IMG/VR virus record: IMGVR_UViG_3300029908_000004
Coordinates: 43,458 to 107,457 of that record
DNA: 64,000 nt
Direction: 5' to 3' (one strand)
Source: a virus
The notes below the pieces were generated by a model that was not told where the DNA came from, did not search any database, and saw nothing but the letters and a program-made list of their open reading frames with translations. This document shows, one piece after another, positions 55,178 to 64,000 of this stretch. The position numbers and the translations under genes were made by a program. The stretch's first letter is position 1. Every line of letters begins with the position of its first letter.

Positions 55178-55654
55178 CTACCCACTATTGTGGGCCCCGG
55201 AGACTACAGATTCTACCACCACCACTTGTTTAAGCTGTTTGTCCCGAGCTGCTAAATAGCGCTCACGTAAGGTCAAACTACGCTTGATCTCTTGTTCTGG
55301 ATCTCTTGTTCTGGTCCAAGCCACACATCTATAACAGTATGGATGGAATGGTTCAGGGCTCTCACCACTTTCACAGTACACACATCCCTGTTGACAACTA
55401 CATGGTGAGTATTCAGAGCACAGCTCTTTCATACGTTCCTTGGTTTGGTCAGTGTGAATCTCCCATCCGGGCGATTTACTCTCTACCTTATCAACAGACT
55501 TGTCAAACCTGTATAGCAAAGTAGTATCTTTGCTAAAACGGTTTAACTTCCAGCTTAACCTCTCCTTCTCCTCCATCATTGCTCCTTGTAACAAGAACCG
55601 GTGCCGTTTCCATGGGACCATATATTCTGGAATAGTAGCCCCTGCGTATGCCAC
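55178..55654 (-). CDS. Cys-rich hypothetical protein (158 aa)
   Basis: CSCQQGCVYC ... CYRC cluster. Confidence 0.5.
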   Translation of the reverse strand: MAYAGATIPEYMVPWKRHRFLLQGAMMEEKERLSWKLNRFSKDTTLLYRFDKSVDKVESKSPGWEIHTDQTKERMKELCSEYSPCSCQQGCVYCESGESPEPFHPYCYRCVAWTRTRDPEQEIKRSLTLRERYLAARDKQLKQVVVVESVVSGAHNSG

Positions 55655-55748
55655 CCCTTAGAAACGGTAGTGGCCTTAGTACCGTGTCGCCGTCTAGACG
55701 TTGACACGGTTCCGGCTTAGGCTGTGCCCGATAACGGCCAAACTTGTG

Positions 55749-56888
55749 TCAACCAACGTTGTTGGTTGGTTGTTGTGTCTCCTCTGTTGAGGAGTTTGAT
55801 GGGAGAATCCTCCCATATACTCCTTTGTCGATGGCCTTGATGTAACCTCTGTCCTTTAACGATTGGACAGTGGCATATATCGGTTGCTTTCTTGTACCGA
55901 TGTCCATGCCACGACTGGCGAGTAGTTTGATGAGAGCCAGAACATCGAATGTTTTCTCTGGTTCTTTCTCCCATTCCTCCATAATCGTCCTTACCATATC
56001 CGTTGGCTTGTAAGGACTCAGTATGCGGGAATGTGTTTGTTTCTTTGGCTCGGTAGCCTTCGCTAAAGCTTGTTTCTGGAAGACAGACAAGAATGGTTCT
56101 ACCTTCTTGCTCTCTTCCATGGCTAGGTCATACCAGTTTAACAACTCGTTGACCATTGACATTTGTTGGACTGCCTCAGCCTTAACAGCTTCGGCAGTAT
56201 CGATTATTCGCCGGGCTTCCGCGAACTGCTCCTCACAGCGAATAATCCGCCGCTCTAAATCCTGCTTGAGTTCGCGAGCGCCGGCTATTCTTAAATCCAG
56301 AATACTCGGCATCTCTTCACTCCCCTTCGTTGGTTTAACAGTATTCACTTCACCCAACTCACGTTGTTCTGCCAAGTAGGCGTTCATTGCTGGCATCCCG
56401 TTTTCGTTACGAATGCGGGCTGCTTCAGCAAGAACTTCTTGTTTATAAGTGAACACTTGACCTTTGGGTTTACTCTCCCGAACCTTCCGTATTGGATGAT
56501 ACACCAATACTTCTGGTTCCGTCTCCACCTTGGGTTTTGGCACAAGCTTGGCCAACTCCTCAAGATTACGTAGAGCTTGCTCTTCCACAGCAGACTTGCT
56601 AACAACTAGCAACTGCTTGTGTACAGATTTCTTCGCCTTCTTCTTTACCACTTTGGCGACCAAGGTTACTGCCTTGTAAGGTTTCGCCTTTGGCTTGATG
56701 CCAAGCATCCCCTTTAACTCAGCCAAGTGGTTAGCGTATGACCTATACGCTGAAGGCGTCTTTGACAAAACGAATGTTTCGCCGTTGGATAGCGTGTATA
56801 CATAGTGCTTCTTCTGCCTTACGCAGGTAGCACCATCCCGCTTTAAGATAGCTTCGATTTGGTCCTTAGGCGGCTTAACTGTTGACAT
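55749..56888 (-). CDS. hypothetical protein (379 aa), Lys-rich central region and coiled coil
   Basis: Intact long ORF; no catalytic motif recognised. Confidence 0.6.
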   Translation of the reverse strand: MSTVKPPKDQIEAILKRDGATCVRQKKHYVYTLSNGETFVLSKTPSAYRSYANHLAELKGMLGIKPKAKPYKAVTLVAKVVKKKAKKSVHKQLLVVSKSAVEEQALRNLEELAKLVPKPKVETEPEVLVYHPIRKVRESKPKGQVFTYKQEVLAEAARIRNENGMPAMNAYLAEQRELGEVNTVKPTKGSEEMPSILDLRIAGARELKQDLERRIIRCEEQFAEARRIIDTAEAVKAEAVQQMSMVNELLNWYDLAMEESKKVEPFLSVFQKQALAKATEPKKQTHSRILSPYKPTDMVRTIMEEWEKEPEKTFDVLALIKLLASRGMDIGTRKQPIYATVQSLKDRGYIKAIDKGVYGRILPSNSSTEETQQPTNNVG

Positions 56889-56894
56889 ACCACC

Positions 56895-57197
56895 TCACAG
56901 TTGACAGATTGTTTTGTTCTTGTAGCCCGGATCTCTGAGATAACTTACGATCCGGCGTAGCAAGCCCTTCCAAACGATGTTCGCAGTTGGGCTGCATGTA
57001 TCACAGCATCTACGTAGAACATCCCAGTGTCTGTAACAAACGAGCCGATCACAATGTTCACAAACGTATTCCATGGGTAATTTACAATCACCCATCTTTT
57101 GCACTGGCGTAACCAGTCGGAATTCCATTCCTTTTGGCACGTTACCAGTGTAAAAACCTGTTGTCTTCCCATCCGTTCCAACTAACAATTGAGCCAT
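56895..57197 (-). CDS. Cys-rich hypothetical protein (100 aa)
   Basis: CEHCDRLVC...CCDTC. Confidence 0.5.
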   Translation of the reverse strand: MAQLLVGTDGKTTGFYTGNVPKGMEFRLVTPVQKMGDCKLPMEYVCEHCDRLVCYRHWDVLRRCCDTCSPTANIVWKGLLRRIVSYLRDPGYKNKTICQL

Positions 57198-57326
57198 TGC
57201 TCACCTCCAGCTTTGTCCCTTCCAAATGAAATAGGAGGGCTAAGACAGTATGTACATGGTATAGTTTGGTAGGCTGTCTTAGCCAGTTTATGAAGGAGGA
57301 GCCCTACCACCAAAATCGCGTGTTTG

Positions 57327-58118
57327 CTAAGCTTTCAGGTTGAGCACCTCTGCTTGGTCCACTCGGAACTTGCCACATTCGAGGCTTCGTACGCTGCCGA
57401 GTCCACAGTTGCTACTCATGGCGAGAATACTGAGGATGTCATCCTCATTGACCTTGCCCGGAACGAATCGGTACACGAAGTGAATGCGACTTCCTTCTGG
57501 AGCCACTTCACTGTCATGGACGATTGATGCCGCGCCTTTGGGTGTTTGAACACGACCCATGAACGTCTCGAAGTGCGTTTTCACTGGTTCGCCGGCTGGC
57601 GTTACCATGTAGACATGGTTCGGATGGTCGCTGTCGATCAACGATTGACCGACTGCTCTGACACGCCCACCTTCGGAGAAGTTACCCTTGGTGCCGATTT
57701 TGCCCTTGAATAAGCCTGTTCTGCTGGCTGCCTGCTTGAGCATGGCCTTCATCATCCAGTCACCAAGCCAGACGCCCTTGTCGCTGTGCCGTAACACGTT
57801 GACGCCGTAAGATTCCACTTCGACAATCTCTGGCGCTGCCGCCGTTACCGAAGCTTCACTGCTTGGGTCAACCTGAATGGTTGGTTTCTTCTCACCAACC
57901 TCTTGTTTGAGTATACGCCTAACGGCCTCCTCGAACAAGATTTTCTGTTCTTCCGTTTCCTGCGGTAGCTTCATCTGAAAGGCGACGAATGCTCGTACAC
58001 CTTCTTCACCGCCGGGTTGTCCACCGACAACCTTCGTTAAGAATGTTGCGTGAATTTCCAATGATGCAGTGAGGCCTATAAAGCGTCCCTCCACATCGTC
58101 CGATGTAAATGTAGCCAT
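57327..58118 (-). CDS. hypothetical protein (263 aa), moderately GC-enriched
   Basis: Intact ORF; composition differs from the AT-rich neighbours. Confidence 0.6.
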   Translation of the reverse strand: MATFTSDDVEGRFIGLTASLEIHATFLTKVVGGQPGGEEGVRAFVAFQMKLPQETEEQKILFEEAVRRILKQEVGEKKPTIQVDPSSEASVTAAAPEIVEVESYGVNVLRHSDKGVWLGDWMMKAMLKQAASRTGLFKGKIGTKGNFSEGGRVRAVGQSLIDSDHPNHVYMVTPAGEPVKTHFETFMGRVQTPKGAASIVHDSEVAPEGSRIHFVYRFVPGKVNEDDILSILAMSSNCGLGSVRSLECGKFRVDQAEVLNLKA

Positions 58119-58155
58119 ATAGGCCCCCTTGATTGTAAAACTGTTGAGATGGAAG

Positions 58156-58510
58156 CGGTGTCACGATGTTTTGCCGCCTCGAAGTATCAGATCACGAGTC
58201 GTCAAGTTTTGCTGCTCAGTTCAGTCTTGTAGCGTCTCATCTTACCTTGCCACCACGTCTCGTTGAGCCTTGTCTCAACTTGTCACTATGTGGAATTTTG
58301 TAATGTCGAGCTGCAATGTTACATGTAATGGAATGTAACCTTGCCGCCGCGTCCCATACCGCTTTGCATCGGCAGATGTTATCTTGCCGCCAAGTTATAC
58401 TCTGTGATGTCTAGCCGCTAAGTTAGAACTTAACTCGACATGTTCTGCCGCTTCGATATATGACATCTTGGATTGCCACTACATACGGAAGAATCACATA
58501 ACGGACTGCC
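58156..58510. repeat. iteron-like cluster: 7 copies of (ATGTT)-N1-3-YTGCCRCY plus AT-rich stretch with atgtaa repeats
   Basis: TTGCCGCC at 58161, 58331, 58374; TTGCCACC at 58247; CTGCCGC at 58435, 58496; TTGCCAC at 58463. About 500-bp non-coding gap. Confidence 0.5.
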
Positions 58511-58636
58511 GCTGTGTATTGACATGATGTATACAGCTTCGGTTTGCCTCTTAGTTCTGGGGGCACCTAGCCCCTGTACTACGGTAGTACTAACCAACTT
58601 TGTGATGATCAAACGAATCTCTGCTTATCCCTCCTC

Positions 58637-58960
58637 CTAAACCGTGTTTTTAATACGGTCTTCGTCGTCCATGATTTCACACTTGCTACACCTTGCTTGG
58701 GAAGCAGTGTAAATACCACAGAATTCACAGGTGAACTCGATATCACCAGGGTGATCGTGGGTAAAGCCACATACACAAGGGAACCCGAATTCTGGATTAC
58801 CACAAGCACAAGGCATTGTCTCCCTTTCTGGGTTCCATGATAACTCGACCGCCTCCTTACAAATGGGGCAGCACTCGTGTGTTACCCAATGAACTGGTCC
58901 ATCTACTTCTTTAACGAATCGTTTGCACCAGCCACATAGAACAAGCACAAAGATCTCCAA
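58637..58960 (-). CDS. multi-zinc-finger Cys-rich protein (107 aa)
   Basis: CGWC, HECCPIC, CACG, CVCG, CEFC, CSKC pairs. Confidence 0.55.
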   Translation of the reverse strand: MEIFVLVLCGWCKRFVKEVDGPVHWVTHECCPICKEAVELSWNPERETMPCACGNPEFGFPCVCGFTHDHPGDIEFTCEFCGIYTASQARCSKCEIMDDEDRIKNTV

Positions 58961-59357
58961 AGACTAAATCTTATTCCATTTGGAACCAGTCCAAACGTAA
59001 GAACTGTCACTTCCCTGCTTCCAGAAGTCAAGTGCTTTCAAAGCACCATGACCATAGCCCGCTTGATTCAGGGCATCGTTAACACTCTTACCAATGAGCA
59101 TCTCACGGGTTCCGTCCAGCCAATAGAAAGTAAACAGTTCCATTACTCACCTTCCTTTTGCTTTGTAGCTGTTACCATGTCAATCCACGGCTGCAACCGG
59201 GGGCCGGACGCTTTGGCCACTCTCTTAGCAGACAGACGTAGACAATATGTTTGTCCAAGCAGAAACCATACAGGGTTGTGAACCATTTAACTTTGAAAAC
59301 TGACCAATGGTCGCCAGAGAGATTCTTGACAATTTCTAACTTTGGTACAATCATACC

Positions 59358-59573
59358 TTATTCCTTTGGCCAGAAGATCTTTATTTCACTGGGCATAAAC
59401 CATACACCCAGATCTTCGGGGCCGGCAGGATAAAGACCATAAACTTCAACAGCATGCTGGTTAGTTGTAGCAGATTGGACATGCTCCAGCTTAGCAAACC
59501 CAAACCGATCTTTGAATTGAGATTTTGCTGTGACAATCACAACAACTTCACCCGGTTTAATTGATCTTGGCAT
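59358..59573 (-). CDS. hypothetical protein (71 aa)
   Basis: Intact ORF. Confidence 0.4.
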   Translation of the reverse strand: MPRSIKPGEVVVIVTAKSQFKDRFGFAKLEHVQSATTNQHAVEVYGLYPAGPEDLGVWFMPSEIKIFWPKE

Positions 59574-59586
59574 TATCCCACCTCCT

Positions 59587-59820
59587 CTACCAGTACTTGA
59601 TTACAAAGTTGTCACCCTCTTTGAGGGCTTCATCTCGTAGTAACTGTCTTGCTAGTTCGTTGGCAGGAATTGTTGACCAATGCTCAGGTAGCTCATCACC
59701 AACCGTAAGTCCCATACCTTCTGGAGGGGCCTCAACAAAGTAGCACTTACCATTTATTTCTCTAACTAGTCCCCCACCCTGAGTACCAAATACTGGAAAC
59801 TTGTATTCTTCTGGGTTCAT
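59587..59820 (-). CDS. hypothetical protein (77 aa)
   Basis: Intact ORF. Confidence 0.45.
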   Translation of the reverse strand: MNPEEYKFPVFGTQGGGLVREINGKCYFVEAPPEGMGLTVGDELPEHWSTIPANELARQLLRDEALKEGDNFVIKYW

Positions 59821-59909
59821 GAACCTTCTCCTTTGGGCACATTCGATTGGGAGCTATACATAAGCGCGCTCAACCAGAATCGTGAGACTAAGATATATCG
59901 ATAGATCTG

Positions 59910-60155
59910 TTACAACCGAATTGGAGAGCCATCTTGTTCGATGACATATTCCTCATCAGGTAGGTGATCCTGTTCACAATGTTGCACCGTGCAAACAGTC
60001 CCACTAGTAAGACTGAGATTCTTTACAAGCTGTTGAATAGTTAGGAAGTTGCGGTTGTAAACATACGTCTTCCCCTCCACTTTCAGCAAGGTCATTGTCT
60101 TTCTCCTTATTGAAACATTAAACAGTCGCTTGGAAGCAGCCAGACCGGCGCTCAA
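59910..60155 (-). CDS. hypothetical protein (81 aa)
   Basis: Intact ORF immediately downstream of a direct-repeat operator-like array. Confidence 0.45.
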   Translation of the reverse strand: MSAGLAASKRLFNVSIRRKTMTLLKVEGKTYVYNRNFLTIQQLVKNLSLTSGTVCTVQHCEQDHLPDEEYVIEQDGSPIRL

Positions 60156-60171
60156 CCAAGAGCTACTAGTT

Positions 60172-60320
60172 ATATCCTGTTAATACCAATAGATAATACC
60201 AATAACACTAGGATAGAGATAACCCTGTTAATCCTGATAACACTTTAACAGTGTAACACTTTAACAGTAACAGTGTAACCCTGTTAATACTTAACTCTGA
60301 TAACCCTGTTAATACTAGGT
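60172..60320. repeat. direct-repeat array: 4x CCTGTTAATMC and 2x TAACACTTTAACAGT
   Basis: CCTGTTAATAC at 60176, 60281, 60305; CCTGTTAATCC at 60224; TAACACTTTAACAGT at 60238 and 60254. Confidence 0.55.
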
Positions 60321-60769
60321 CTCTCCATCCTAATACACCGATATCATCTCGTGTGTAAAGACTTTAAGGTTTGTGGTGGTATATTCACACCACTAATCCC
60401 AGCTACTCACAGCTGTAAGCTGTTGTAATTGTTGATGTTGCTTCACAAGTACACTGGTCTTGGGCCCGTAGCATGTACCGGAAGATAGGCCCTCACGGGA
60501 CGCTACCGACTCTCATCGGGGTGAGCGAGACTCACCTACTATACAAGCTTGGACACTTGTATAGTTTCGAATTATCATCTATTCACTAGATATTGGACAA
60601 TCTAGCTACTGTTTATCCTATACTATATAATAGTAAGGGGACAAAAGAATCGCCCCTACAGGTAGACAGCAAGGAAGCATCCCTACTGAACACCGACTAC
60701 GCCTAACAGACGGCTCATACTATTATGGTAGTACCTATGGATCGGTACAATATGACCTCTTTGTCTCTT

Positions 60770-63700
60770 TTATCCCACCTCATCAGGATTAGGTTCTTCG
60801 AATGCCTCATAATTCTTCTGAGGCAACAAAGACTCGTGTGATTCTCTCAGAATCACCATTCCATCTTCCATTGTGAAGCCACCGAACTCTATCCCCTCGT
60901 CCTCTAGCCTTACAGGGATAGTTCCAATAGCTTCCATAGTGCTTAACCGATACACAATACCAGCCTCCTTGATCACAACATCAACCTTAGCTTCGCCAAG
61001 GTCATAAGCAAACTCCTCGTCCAAATCCACTGGTACTACAAGCCCAGTTATTGGACGCAGCTTACGAGTCTTGATATCCATATACTTGATATCCCGACTC
61101 GCCTGAATAATCGCATTACCCATGCGCTTAGTCCACAACATACCATCTGGGAAGCTCTTTCGCTTCCCCATCTCCTCTCCCTCAACAACATACTGAGCAT
61201 CTGCGTAGATGGTGTGATACAGATAGCAGAGCAGCTCTACAGCCATCTGCTTAACAGTGTCATCATCAAACTGTGCCAGATACTCAGCACAATCATTCTC
61301 TACCTTCTTATACGCTTCGTTAAGACCCTCTCTGGTCATTGGATTACCAGCGCCAAGGATAGCTTTCCAGCCACCTCTCCACACCTGTATATAACCAGGC
61401 GCATCTTCACGCTTCCGACCGGGATTGGAACCGAGATAGACAGCGATGTCCGGGCTATGCCCACCCATCTCAAACACAAATGCTTCATCGGCAGGAGCTA
61501 CTGATATCCACTCACGCAGCTTCAGACGATCTATCAACACATCACGTTTATGTGTTAAGTCTTTCAGACTCTTACACATAAGCGAGTCATAAATGTGATA
61601 ATCAGCCTTAGCTACCTTAGTGGTGGGGATTCTAAGGGTATCCTTCCCACTAATACGCTTACCCATAGTAGCAATATATGGATAGATCAGAGTCCCTTCC
61701 AATCCAATGTTCTCAACAGGTTCTCTACCTTCCTGTAAGCCACTATGGAACTGACGTACAGCATCGCTAACGTTACCAAGTTGAACCAAGATGTTTGCAT
61801 CCAGAACAACGCCATCAATGACATGTTCCAGATTAGTTTCAAACTTCCTCATCTGATAAAGAGGTCTCATCACAAACCACTCACGGGTTGCTTCGAGGTC
61901 AGCAATCTTAGCAAGGTTACCAAACCTCTTAGCTTCAGCGATTTCAGCATCGAGCTGTTCAAACATATATGCCCGATCCGCTGCATTGGACAACCTATTG
62001 TCAATCATATTTGCATTAACAACAGGTCCAATTCCAGCACCGCTCCTCTGCTTCCTATCAATCTGATAAGCAAAGTGCCGATTGTTATACCATTCCTTCA
62101 CGCCGCGACCGGGGATTTTATAACCTTCAGCTTCTGCTTCTTCATCAAACTGACGACGAAGCACAGCTCCTGACTTCTTGATCTTAGCAGTTTCTGGATA
62201 CGGGTTATCGTTCAATTCCTTGAACTTGTTAACCCAGAATTCATCAAATACTACGATGAAGCGATCATCCAGATCACCACCACCTAATCTGGCTAACACT
62301 TTGTTACAGCCAGCGCCGAGAATGATAATACCTTTCCCAGCGAACCTAGCATAACGCTGATGGTGGATATTCTTGAGAATCACGAATGCATTCTGATTCT
62401 CATTTGGTTGTCTATAACAGGCAACCAAAATACCAGCAGGGATGTCCATCATACAGCACTCATCTTTACCAATGAGCTCATCCTCAATTGGTAACAGATT
62501 CCCTTCCGTATCATGCATATACGGGTCATGGATACAATATCCACTAACAGCTACCTTATCCAATGGGATACGTCCACGCTCCATTTGCATGACACGATAC
62601 ATCATGAAGTTGTTAACCCTACGACCCAATCCCGGGTACTTAAGAGCAGACCATCCATTGATGACCGCTTCTCTCAGCACCCAAGCATCCCAATCAATCA
62701 TTGAGATCCCATCATTGTAGTAATGCTCATCATCACGTACACTGTTGATATACTTAACCAACAGCTTCGTGATTTCCTTGTTATCCATCGTCTTGTTCCA
62801 ATAATCCAGACGGAACAGCTGAGCTTGATAATCAATCATGCCCGGACGCTCAAAGCGGAAGTTATCCCAGCTTTGCATATCACTGAACGGCATGATCTTC
62901 TTCAGCTTACCAAAACAGCCGAAGTAGAACCGCTCATTCTTAATCATAGTCTTGGACCCATACACTACGAAGTCATACTCCAAATCCTCCTTATAGACGA
63001 AGTTACCCTTCGGCATACCTACATACCTCTCACCAATAGTGCACTGCCATGCATCTCCAATACGTGGATGCTTGCTAAGTCCAACAGACTTTGCACCATG
63101 TTCTCCTACCAAGCCGCCACCATCCAACCGAGCAGCGTCATCATCTGTCAGTCCATCGATGCTATTAAACTTCACGGTAATGATGGCACCGTTATCCAAA
63201 CGATACACACCAATACCAGCGACAACATCGAACTTAACCGGTTTACCTAACGCATGCACCCAAGTTGGTGCCATCTCACGGTTTAAATACTTACCCGCTT
63301 TCAGGCATTTCTCCAAATCATTGAGCTCAATCCAGATCCCAACACTTCTCAAATCCACTAAATTTGTCATGGCATCAGGAACGAGATAAGCAGTAGCCCT
63401 GTCATCTCTCTGATAACCAAACAAACACTTATAGTGGATTCCCTCGTATTGATACCCACTGTTCATAACTCGCTCTGCTACCGCAGAGTCATCAGTTACA
63501 AACTCTATGTAGGTACAGTCTAATGCGTCTTCCAACAGCCATGGAACTTCCGCATACGGCCCATAAGCTCTGAAGAACTTAGGATCATCGTCAAGTTTTG
63601 ACCCAAACTTAACTTTATTACGACGATGAGCCTCTGTATACGGAGTCCGAGTAACAAGCTTCTTGTTACTCTTCATCCATTCAACAACAGCGATCTTCTT

Positions 63701-63946
63701 TACTCCTCCATCATCCATCTTTACTACCTCCTTTACAACATCCTTCTTAACCGGTTCAGTAGGAACCGGAGGATTCAATTTAGTCCAGAGCTGCTCAGGG
63801 CTAATACGCACCATAGGTGCATTAACCCGAAGGCAATAACGCCATCTGTTGTTAACAGACTCATACATCACACACCAACCACTCGTTAGATACCAAACAG
63901 TATCTAACGCATTAGGTTGGAGTGCTCCCTTAACCTTCTCATTCAA
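60770..63946 (-). CDS. large single-subunit RNA polymerase candidate with cellular-RdRP (QDE-1/YonO-like) fold (1058 aa)
   Basis: Block VACYRQPNENQNAFVILKN...IIILGAGCNKVLARLGGGDLDDRFIVVFDEFWV parallels the eukaryotic RdRP/YonO catalytic region (V.RNP..HPGD...L.A....D.IVF...G.R.....LSGGDLDGD.Y.V.WD). Metal-binding loop is GDLDDR rather than DLDGD. Confidence 0.5.
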   Translation of the reverse strand: MNEKVKGALQPNALDTVWYLTSGWCVMYESVNNRWRYCLRVNAPMVRISPEQLWTKLNPPVPTEPVKKDVVKEVVKMDDGGVKKIAVVEWMKSNKKLVTRTPYTEAHRRNKVKFGSKLDDDPKFFRAYGPYAEVPWLLEDALDCTYIEFVTDDSAVAERVMNSGYQYEGIHYKCLFGYQRDDRATAYLVPDAMTNLVDLRSVGIWIELNDLEKCLKAGKYLNREMAPTWVHALGKPVKFDVVAGIGVYRLDNGAIITVKFNSIDGLTDDDAARLDGGGLVGEHGAKSVGLSKHPRIGDAWQCTIGERYVGMPKGNFVYKEDLEYDFVVYGSKTMIKNERFYFGCFGKLKKIMPFSDMQSWDNFRFERPGMIDYQAQLFRLDYWNKTMDNKEITKLLVKYINSVRDDEHYYNDGISMIDWDAWVLREAVINGWSALKYPGLGRRVNNFMMYRVMQMERGRIPLDKVAVSGYCIHDPYMHDTEGNLLPIEDELIGKDECCMMDIPAGILVACYRQPNENQNAFVILKNIHHQRYARFAGKGIIILGAGCNKVLARLGGGDLDDRFIVVFDEFWVNKFKELNDNPYPETAKIKKSGAVLRRQFDEEAEAEGYKIPGRGVKEWYNNRHFAYQIDRKQRSGAGIGPVVNANMIDNRLSNAADRAYMFEQLDAEIAEAKRFGNLAKIADLEATREWFVMRPLYQMRKFETNLEHVIDGVVLDANILVQLGNVSDAVRQFHSGLQEGREPVENIGLEGTLIYPYIATMGKRISGKDTLRIPTTKVAKADYHIYDSLMCKSLKDLTHKRDVLIDRLKLREWISVAPADEAFVFEMGGHSPDIAVYLGSNPGRKREDAPGYIQVWRGGWKAILGAGNPMTREGLNEAYKKVENDCAEYLAQFDDDTVKQMAVELLCYLYHTIYADAQYVVEGEEMGKRKSFPDGMLWTKRMGNAIIQASRDIKYMDIKTRKLRPITGLVVPVDLDEEFAYDLGEAKVDVVIKEAGIVYRLSTMEAIGTIPVRLEDEGIEFGGFTMEDGMVILRESHESLLPQKNYEAFEEPNPDEVG

Positions 63947-64000
63947 GAAGGCAAATAGTCTCTCCTTAACAGGTACCTCAATAACCGGTACCTTCTCAAC

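Noticed and set aside
61214-63889. Plus-strand ORFs inside the RNAP-candidate gene
   Set aside because: Antisense shadow ORFs; low-complexity translations.

Overview
This is a gene-dense, mostly AT-rich window with nearly all genes on the minus strand. Only an HNH endonuclease, a small zinc-ribbon ORF and one promoter/terminator-flanked moron are on the plus strand. It looks like part of a large phage (jumbo-phage-like) genome of a Gram-negative host.

RNA genes. I can fold nine tRNA genes by hand, all minus strand and eight with encoded CCA: Thr-GGU, Gly-UCC with an atypical 13-nt variable arm, Asp-GUC, Ala-UGC, Trp-CCA, Val-UAC, Asn-GUU and two CAU tRNAs. A CCA-adding tRNA nucleotidyltransferase is also present. 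There are several tRNA-derived fragments.

Recognisable proteins include an AAA+ ATPase, an ATP-dependent DNA ligase, a cellular-RdRP-fold (YonO/QDE-1-like) RNA polymerase candidate of 1058 aa, an HNH homing endonuclease, two DprA-like Rossmann paralogs, a DUF4326 protein, a GT2 glycosyltransferase, a HAD phosphatase, a Ro60/Rsr (TROVE+vWA) ortholog and a second vWA protein.

Host-like stress and metabolic genes form a striking set: IscU in a GC-rich island, Dps/ferritin, PspA/IM30 directly downstream of a TPM (YgcG-like) protein, an SPFH lipoprotein with a small membrane partner, an OmpA/Lom-like outer-membrane beta-barrel, a TrpF-like TIM barrel next to tRNA-Trp, and a PurA/PurZ-family adenylosuccinate-synthetase homolog with altered GTP-binding motifs next to a small nucleoside-deoxyribosyltransferase/DNPH1-like ORF.

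The most interesting non-coding signal is a circularly permuted tRNA-like module at about 8.80-8.96 kb: T-arm, acceptor hairpin, then D-arm, closed by a long interrupted helix. This is the architecture of bacterial YrlA-type Y RNAs, the ligands of Ro60. A second, weaker tRNA-mimic lies in a repeat-rich 1-kb intergenic region just upstream of the Ro60 gene.

Several intergenic repeat families are present: a 23-bp bipartite GRTAAYC-N7-KTCGACCC motif in eight copies including a 3 x 120-bp tandem array, an iteron-like YTGCCRCC cluster, and CCTGTTAATMC direct repeats. There is also an unusual 520-bp GC-enriched ORF-free stretch.
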